From the NCBI GenBank assembly GCA_903885565.1, contig CAISJI010000146.1, positions 6,389-70,388 of the forward strand: a stretch of DNA of 64,000 bases. The letters run 5' to 3'. A program made the position numbers and the translations under genes. The DNA comes from an uncultured Planctomycetaceae bacterium (GTDB taxonomy: Bacteria; Planctomycetota; Planctomycetia; Pirellulales; UBA1268). Shown piece after piece: positions 58,088-64,000 of this stretch; the first letter of the stretch is position 1; each line of letters begins with the position of its first letter. Under the pieces are notes generated by a model. That model saw nothing but the letters and a program-made list of their open reading frames with translations, made no database searches and was not told the origin of the DNA.

Positions 58088-59151
58088 GACGCATGTTCCT
58101 CGGTGCGGAGCGACTGCCCCTTTTCCGCCAGAAACACACAGGCAGCCAGGCCTCCTGCTCCCACCAGGAGCGTCGCGAGCAGGGCATTGTCGGCCGCGAG
58201 CCGACACTCTGGATCGATGAATGGCCCGGCCGCCAAAGCGGCCGTCACCGAAGACAGCATGCCATAGAGGCGCGCCACGGAGCGATGCGACCAACCGGCC
58301 ACGGTGAGCCGCTGGTAGAGATGGGTGCGATGCGCCTGAAAGATGTTCTCGCGATTGATGGCCCGCCGCAGCAGGGTAAAGCTTGTGTCGAGCAGAAAGG
58401 GCCACAGCACCGCCACCACAACCGGGACAAGCTTTTCGCGCAGGCCCGCCGGAGCAGCCAGCGGCATAACCGCCAGCATGAAGCCGCAAAATGCGCTTCC
58501 CACGTCTCCCATAAAGATCTTGGCCGGCTGCCAGTTGTAGGCCAGAAATCCCAGTGCAGCGCCGGCCAGCGCCGCTGCCAGCGCCCCTGTCGGGGCGGCT
58601 CCCGCTGCCGCTGCCGCTGCTGCCAGACCACACCCAGCCGCGGCAGCTGTGATTCCGGCGATACCGTCAATGCCGTCCATGAAATTGAAGGCGTTGGTGA
58701 GACCGACGATCCAAAGGATCGTCAGCGGCCAGGCGGCAGCCCCGAAATCAAGGCTGCCAAACGAACCCAGTTGGACTGCTGGTAACGGGCCCAGCAGCGA
58801 TGTCGCCGCGATCGCGGCAATAAGATGGATCCCGAAACGAGTGCGGTTCCGCACCGGCTTCACATCGTCAAGCCAACTCACGGCTGCGATCGCTGCTGCC
58901 GGCAACGCGACCGCCGCGATGATGCCAGCCGATTGGCGATAGAGGCCGCAGGTCAGCAGGGCTGCCAGCATCATCACCGCCACGATCGCCAGACCGCCGC
59001 CACGAGGGGTGGGGCGTGTGTGGCTGCTCCGGTCATTGGGGATGTCGAGCAGGCCCCGCGACCGCGTCCAGGTAACGAGTTGTCCGGTCAGGGTCGCAGA
59101 GCCGGCGAAGGCCGCAAGGCACCAGAATATCCAGAAAAGCATGGGAGCCAT
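58084..59151 (-). CDS. Polytopic phosphoglycosyl transferase (MraY/WecA family, GT4 superfamily)
   Basis: The track start at 59178 is TTG; ATGs occur at 59151 and 59142. Motifs: DIPNDRSSH, NAFNFMDGIDGIAG and about 10 TM segments. The stop overlaps the PglC-like GTG (GTGA). Confidence 0.85.
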   Translation of the reverse strand: MAPMLFWIFWCLAAFAGSATLTGQLVTWTRSRGLLDIPNDRSSHTRPTPRGGGLAIVAVMMLAALLTCGLYRQSAGIIAAVALPAAAIAAVSWLDDVKPVRNRTRFGIHLIAAIAATSLLGPLPAVQLGSFGSLDFGAAAWPLTILWIVGLTNAFNFMDGIDGIAGITAAAAGCGLAAAAAAAGAAPTGALAAALAGAALGFLAYNWQPAKIFMGDVGSAFCGFMLAVMPLAAPAGLREKLVPVVVAVLWPFLLDTSFTLLRRAINRENIFQAHRTHLYQRLTVAGWSHRSVARLYGMLSSVTAALAAGPFIDPECRLAADNALLATLLVGAGGLAACVFLAEKGQSLRTEEHAS

Positions 59152-59286
59152 GAGGGAGACGGGGGAGTGTGCTGGCAAAAAAGCACGGCAAATAACGACA
59201 AGGCCTTCGGGCCAGCATGGGAAAGTGTTCGGGGCGACGGAATCAATGCCTGTGCAGGAAGGCGTTTTGGCTTCTGCTTTCGCCGT

Positions 59287-60552
59287 CTAAGCCTCCTGCT
59301 TGGCAGTGATGATGGCTTCGCTCACCTCTGCCACCACCGCGTCAGTGACGTGGGCTCCGATGGGGAGGGAAAGGCTTTTGGCGGCCAGCAGTTCCGTGGC
59401 CGGGAGAGACCGGTGACGGTCGTGATAGTGTTCGAAGGCCAGTTGACGATGGCAGGGAGGGTCGTAGTAGGTGCGGGTTTCTATGCCCCGCGAGACAAGG
59501 GCCCTGCGGACGGCGTCTCGCGACATGCCAAATCGCGCCGGATCGATCGTGATGGAAAAGTCTTTGTAGCTCGGCTCCGCGCCGGGAAGCTCCGCTATGA
59601 AGCCGATGCCGGGCAACCCGCCGAGTTCCCGCCGGTAGAGCGCAGCGATCGACCGGCGTCTGGAGGCTACCGAATCGAGGTTTTCAAGCCCCATCAGCGC
59701 CGTGGCAGCGCAGAGTTCGGGCATTCTGCCATTGAGGCCTGCAAACAAAGCGTTGTACGACCCGTCGTTGCCGTACTCGCGCCCCAGTCGCACGAAGTGG
59801 GCCAGGCAGTCGCAATCGGTGGCGATGATTCCCCCCTCTCCAGCCACGAGCAGTTTTGTGGGCGAGAGGCTGAAAACCTGGGCCATGGCTCCCGTTCCCA
59901 CCGGCTTCCCCATCACGGCGGCACCAAAGCCATGGGCGGCGTCAATCACCAATGGCAGGCCGTGTTCGGCGGCAATGGCCTGAAGCGCGGACACATCGCA
60001 GGGATTGCCGAAATTATGGCAGGCCGAGATGGCCACGGTGCGGGGAGTGATGGCCGCCGCCACCGCCTGCGGGATCACATTGGTGGTGTGCGGATCGACA
60101 TCGACGAACACCGGCCGCAGGTTGTTCCAAACAATCGCGGCAGGGCCAGCCAGGAATGTGAAGCTGGGGACGATCACCTCCCCCAGAGGTTCGTTGACGC
60201 CTCCCGATCGCACCACACCAAATCTGGAGAGCGGCTCCATCACAGCTGCCGGGCAGCTCTGCATGGCACTGCGGCGGCTGCGGCAGCGGCCCGCGGTCAG
60301 GTCGAGTCCCTTATAGACCAGCATCAAGCCGACCGTGCAACTGCTCACGGCGACTGCATGGCGCACCCCCAGCCGGCGGGCCACTGCCTCTTCGAGTGCC
60401 AGCAGATACTTTCCCTTCGTCAGTCGACCAGATCGGATGATCTCCTCGTAGCACGGTTGGAGTGCCTCGAAGGTTGGAAGTGATGGCCGCACGAAAGGGA
60501 CGCGGAATCCGTCGGCAACTGCATCGGTAACGCCGCGAATCTCTAGCTTCAT
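59287..60552 (-). CDS. DegT/DnrJ/EryC1/StrS family PLP-dependent sugar aminotransferase
   Basis: VPFVRPSLP, AVAVSSCT, EVIVPSFTF, VIDAAHGFG, FSLSPTKLL (PLP Lys). Contains an in-frame insert of about 35 aa (see findings). Confidence 0.85.
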   Translation of the reverse strand: MKLEIRGVTDAVADGFRVPFVRPSLPTFEALQPCYEEIIRSGRLTKGKYLLALEEAVARRLGVRHAVAVSSCTVGLMLVYKGLDLTAGRCRSRRSAMQSCPAAVMEPLSRFGVVRSGGVNEPLGEVIVPSFTFLAGPAAIVWNNLRPVFVDVDPHTTNVIPQAVAAAITPRTVAISACHNFGNPCDVSALQAIAAEHGLPLVIDAAHGFGAAVMGKPVGTGAMAQVFSLSPTKLLVAGEGGIIATDCDCLAHFVRLGREYGNDGSYNALFAGLNGRMPELCAATALMGLENLDSVASRRRSIAALYRRELGGLPGIGFIAELPGAEPSYKDFSITIDPARFGMSRDAVRRALVSRGIETRTYYDPPCHRQLAFEHYHDRHRSLPATELLAAKSLSLPIGAHVTDAVVAEVSEAIITAKQEA

Positions 60553-60702
60553 GAACCGCTGATCCTGCTACGTGGACGGGGAATGGGTGGGGGCTGGACT
60601 GGCAGCGGGGCCTCCCCCAAGGCCGCCCTACAAGCGGACTACCATTTTTTTTCAGTTGGGCGGGCGGCAGGTTTCAACCGCCGCTCCGGTCTCGGGTATG
60701 CG

Positions 60703-62661
60703 CTAAGGTCCTGATCGAGCCACGGCAGGGAGAGGTGCTGGGGCAGGTATGACGGCGACTGGTGTATGTGTGGTTTCACAGCCAAACTCGGGAACAAGTT
60801 CCCGCAGCCGCTCCCGTACGGCGGCCGGCCCTCTGTCGAGAACCACGCGGAGTTCGTCTAGCATCGATTCGACTTGGGGCAAATCGGCAGGGCGATGCAG
60901 GGCACAGAACACCTTGGGATGAACAGTCTGAACCCGCTTCTCGTCATCAAAATAGAGTTCCTCAAAGAGCTTCTCTCCGGGACGCAGCCCGGTGTAGACG
61001 ATTTCGATGTCGTCTGTTTCCAGGCCCGACAGGCTGATGAGGTCTCTGGCCAGATCGACGATTTTGACGCTCACGCCCATGTCGAGAACAAAAATTTCGC
61101 CGCCAGAGCCCATGGTGGCCGCCTGAAGCACCAGCTGCGATGCTTCCGGAATCATCATGAAAAACCGCTCGATTTGCGGATGGGTGATGGTGATCGGGCC
61201 GCCGCGGCGGATCTGTTCCTGAAACGTCGGAACGACGCTTCCATTGCTCCCGAGCACATTCCCGAACCGCACCACAATGAAGGTGGTCTTGGACGTTCGG
61301 GAGAGTGCCTGCACATACCGCTCTGCGATCAATTTTGAGCAGCCCATCACGCTCGTCGGATTCACGGCCTTATCCGTGGAGATGGCCACAAACTTGCCCA
61401 CGCCATGCTTGTCTGCAAGGCGAGCCAGGGTGCGTGTCCCAAAGCAGTTGTTCTTGATCGCCTCCTGCGGATTCCACTCCATCATGGGCACATGTTTGTG
61501 TGCTGCCGCATGGAAGATCACATCGGGTTTGGTGTCGCCGATGATCTGCTCCATCCGGCTTTCGTCCGTGATGTCAGCCACCAGGGGCTCAAACGGCGGC
61601 AGGGGCTTGAGGCGGGAAAATTCCTGTTCGAGGAGGAACAGTGCATTTTCTGCCTGCTCAACCAGCAGGAGCCTCCGCGGCCTGAAGCGGAGCACCTGAC
61701 GGCAGATTTCAGAGCCAATCGAACCCCCGGCTCCGGTCACGAGCACCGTGCGCCCCTCCACCAGCGAGAGAATGGCGCCGTCGTCGAGTTCCACCGGTTC
61801 ACGGCGGAGGAGGTCCTTGATCTCCACCGAACGCAGCTTTGTGAGCGCGGCATCGGCCTGATTTCCCTCCATCAGTTCATCGATGGCGGGGATGACCTTG
61901 ACCGCGGCGCCGCTGGCGGCGCAATCGGCCAGCAGCTTTCGCAGGGCCTTGCCCGAGAGTGTGCCCGATTGAACGATGACGCTGTCGACCCGCCGCTGCG
62001 ACACATATTCCCCGGCGCGTTCGATCCCTCCAATCACTTCAATCCCGGAGAGGGATGTGCCGTGGAGGAGGGAGTTTTCGTCGAGGAATCCAATCACCAA
62101 GTGGGGATTGCGGGCATTGGCCTGCAGGTTGCGGGCCAGCAGTTCGCCGGTGTGATTGGCCCCCACGATCAACGCGATCCGGCTCTTTTCCTGATGGAGC
62201 AGGGGGCGCAGGTCCTCCCGAATCCCCCGCCACAGGGCCCGCAAGCCACCGATGAGCAGGATGGTGGTGGCCCAGTCGATGAGAAAGACACTGCGTGGGA
62301 CCCGCGGGATGCCCGGCAGGATCCCGGTGGAGATAAGCAGACTGTCGACAAAAGTCAGCGACAACCCTGCCACAGTCGCTGCCGAGACGAGGCTCATCAG
62401 GTCGCTGAAAGACAGCCGGCTCCACGACTCCCGGAATTGCCCCGACCAAGAAAAGAGAAACAGCTTTAAGAGCACCACGCCGCTGACGGTGGTGAGAAAT
62501 GCCGCAAACCAGCGGGGATAGAAAATAAAGTCGGCGCGGATGAAGAAAGCGAGAAAATAGGCAACGCCGAATAATGCTGCATGGACAACCAACAGCCGCG
62601 CGGCCCGGTTTTGCCAGAGGGGAATCCGCATGAGGGTGGGTGGTGGCGGAGGAGTGGTCAT
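60703..62661 (-). CDS. Membrane-anchored polysaccharide biosynthesis protein, CapD/PglF/WbpM type (UDP-sugar 4,6-dehydratase)
   Basis: About 4 N-terminal TM segments, then VLVTGAGGSIGSE, FHAAAHKHVP, VRFGNVLGSNGSV. The track start at 62718 is GTG; ATGs occur at 62661 and 62631. Confidence 0.85.
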   Translation of the reverse strand: MTTPPPPPTLMRIPLWQNRAARLLVVHAALFGVAYFLAFFIRADFIFYPRWFAAFLTTVSGVVLLKLFLFSWSGQFRESWSRLSFSDLMSLVSAATVAGLSLTFVDSLLISTGILPGIPRVPRSVFLIDWATTILLIGGLRALWRGIREDLRPLLHQEKSRIALIVGANHTGELLARNLQANARNPHLVIGFLDENSLLHGTSLSGIEVIGGIERAGEYVSQRRVDSVIVQSGTLSGKALRKLLADCAASGAAVKVIPAIDELMEGNQADAALTKLRSVEIKDLLRREPVELDDGAILSLVEGRTVLVTGAGGSIGSEICRQVLRFRPRRLLLVEQAENALFLLEQEFSRLKPLPPFEPLVADITDESRMEQIIGDTKPDVIFHAAAHKHVPMMEWNPQEAIKNNCFGTRTLARLADKHGVGKFVAISTDKAVNPTSVMGCSKLIAERYVQALSRTSKTTFIVVRFGNVLGSNGSVVPTFQEQIRRGGPITITHPQIERFFMMIPEASQLVLQAATMGSGGEIFVLDMGVSVKIVDLARDLISLSGLETDDIEIVYTGLRPGEKLFEELYFDDEKRVQTVHPKVFCALHRPADLPQVESMLDELRVVLDRGPAAVRERLRELVPEFGCETTHTPVAVIPAPAPLPAVARSGP

Positions 62662-63332
62662 GTCGGTTGTGACTGGCCTCGGATTCCCGGAACCCCCCAG
62701 AACCCCGAATGCCCGCACAGGCCCAAGCCTGCTTCAGCGCATGGACTTCTTTCTCAAGGCGATCGGGTGGGGGGGGCAGACGCTTGCGGAGAGATCGTGT
62801 GTAGGGATTGTGTTCGGGGGATCGCAGCTTTTCTCTAGCAGTCGGTGGAAAGTCCTTCGTGACCCTCTGGAGCGAAGATAGCCGACTCGATCGACCGCAG
62901 AAAGCGTCCTGGCCGAGGGTCTGGCTGGCGCTTTCTAGGTCGCCCACCTCCGCATCCGGCGGCGGGTCACTCAATCCACAGCCTGCTATCCATGAGAGTG
63001 TAACCGACGCTGTAGGGGCGAGGCGAAAAAGTGGGCCGCCGAGGCCCTGAGGACTTCCAAAAAATCCCCACAGGGCCCATTTTCACTCAGGCAACCGTCG
63101 GACACACCTCCGTCGGGGGGCAGGCGAGCGTTTTCTGGCGCGACAACCGACGCATTCAGCAGCGGTGAACCGGGGCTGGCGGCTGTCGCCGCAGCGCGGC
63201 GAGTCGCCCAGTTGGCATTCTCGGCAAAGTTTGCCGACCCCAACCGCCGATAACAACGATTGACTCGACTGTATCGGTTGTGCGGATTGTGCCGTTGACG
63301 CGGCCGGCTGGTGGGAAGCGCTGGGAAAAACC

Positions 63333-64000
63333 ATGAAAAACCAATTTTTTCCGATCTTGTGGCGGGGTCGTGGTGGTCTGTTGCTCCTCCTGGCAGCAGG
63401 GCTCGCGGCAAACACCGGCTGCCAGATTTACGGCCGGCCCCAGCGCCAGACCACACAGCAGGTGATGGTGGACGCGAAATGCCCCGGGGACCCCTCCCTG
63501 ATGCCCGCCAAGGAGCTGGCAAAAATCTCCCTCCCGCCCTATGTGATCGAGCCCCCAGACATCCTCCTCATCGATGCGTTGCGGATCGTGCCGAAGCCCC
63601 CCTTCCGCATCCAATCGTTCGACTCCCTGCAGGTGATCGTCGAAGGAACGCTGCTCGAACAGCCCATCAACGGTCTCTTTGTCGTGGAGCCGGGCGGGAT
63701 GCTCGATCTGGGGCCTTCCTATGGCAAGGTGCTCGTCGGAGGCAGATCGCTGGATGAGGCCCAGGACAGCGTGTTTCGGCATCTCAAACGCGTTCTCCGC
63801 GAACCGCAGGTGTCGTTGACGCTGGCGCAGGCCGCCGGACAGCAGCAAGTCGCCGGAGAACACCTCGACAATCCCAGCGGCGAGGTCAATCTGGGCACCT
63901 ACGGCTCAGTGCGTGTCACTGGCCTGACGCTGGAACAGGCAAAGGAGGCGATTGAGGCGCAGCTGTCGAAATACCTCGATGCGCCGCTGGTTTCGGTGGA
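63333..64000 (+). CDS. Polysaccharide export outer-membrane lipoprotein (Wza-like), 3' end beyond the right window edge
   Basis: Absent from the ORF track because it has no stop inside the window. My translation from the ATG at 63333: MKNQFFPILWRGRGGLLLLLAAGLAANTGC (lipobox), then two Poly_export-like stretches (YVIEPPDILLIDAL..., GMLDLGPSYGKVLVGGRSLDEAQDSV..., VNLGTYGSVRVTGLTLEQAKEAIEAQLSKYL). Confidence 0.8.
   Translation, partial: MKNQFFPILWRGRGGLLLLLAAGLAANTGCQIYGRPQRQTTQQVMVDAKCPGDPSLMPAKELAKISLPPYVIEPPDILLIDALRIVPKPPFRIQSFDSLQVIVEGTLLEQPINGLFVVEPGGMLDLGPSYGKVLVGGRSLDEAQDSVFRHLKRVLREPQVSLTLAQAAGQQQVAGEHLDNPSGEVNLGTYGSVRVTGLTLEQAKEAIEAQLSKYLDAPLVSV

Noticed and set aside
60553-60702. Run of eight T (plus strand) next to a GC hairpin between the dehydratase and aminotransferase genes, considered as an intrinsic terminator.
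   Set aside because: On the coding (minus) strand the hairpin is followed by an A-run, not a U-run. On the plus strand the T-run precedes the hairpin. Neither orientation gives a canonical terminator.
63311-63757. 148-aa plus-strand ORF from the track at the start of the last gene.
   Set aside because: It is out of frame with the ORF starting at 63333. The 63333 ORF gives a clean lipoprotein signal (LAANTGC) and Wza/Poly_export-like sequence and stays open to the window edge. The track ORF has junk-like R/P/A composition.

Overview
This is a GC-rich (about 62-66% by eye), gene-dense bacterial chromosomal segment. I found no rRNA, CRISPR array, transposase, integrase or recognisable defence genes. 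The protein families and style (long Pro/Ala-rich linkers, DUF1844, PmoA-like DUF6807, an S1 protein with a disordered N-terminus, many GT4/GT2 genes) look Planctomycetota-like, but that is inference only.

Contents from left to right:
1. A minus-strand beta-oxidation operon (fadB-like, thiolase, and an acyl-CoA synthetase fused to an acyl-CoA dehydrogenase that runs off the left edge).
2. A membrane protein, tRNA-Leu(GAG), and an S1-domain protein followed closely by a REC-adenylate cyclase and an MBL-fold hydrolase.
3. Housekeeping genes: serS, clpS, an MscS channel, rex, an Rrf2 regulator plus cysH, an FGGY kinase, an ABC exporter, folD, two DUF genes, pyrG and a DAHP synthase.
4. A chemosensory cluster cheA-cheW-mcp-cheR-cheB with no cheY, followed by a secreted SYLF-domain protein.
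5. From about 35.4 kb to the right edge, a polysaccharide locus of about 28.5 kb. It contains a GT10 fucosyltransferase, an NRAMP-like transporter, an epimerase, a 1105-aa kinase/UDPGP fusion, an atypical nucleotidyltransferase, 8 glycosyltransferases, a Wzy-like polymerase, a bacillosamine-type amino-sugar set, an ACP/ligase/SDR acylation module, two priming phosphoglycosyl transferases and a Wza-like exporter that runs off the right edge.

Notes on method:
- The supplied ORF track starts ORFs at the most upstream ATG/GTG/TTG and omits ORFs without a stop inside the window. I re-derived several starts and added two edge-running genes from my own translation.
- Many adjacent genes are joined by 4-nt ATGA/GTGA stop/start overlaps: 2830, 22393, 23490, 36439, 43705, 48879, 57452 and 58084.
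- All family calls come from motif recognition by eye. No database search was possible.

The most interesting candidate is the 35.4-44.5 kb operon. It looks like a non-canonical import-activate-transfer (salvage) glycosylation module.
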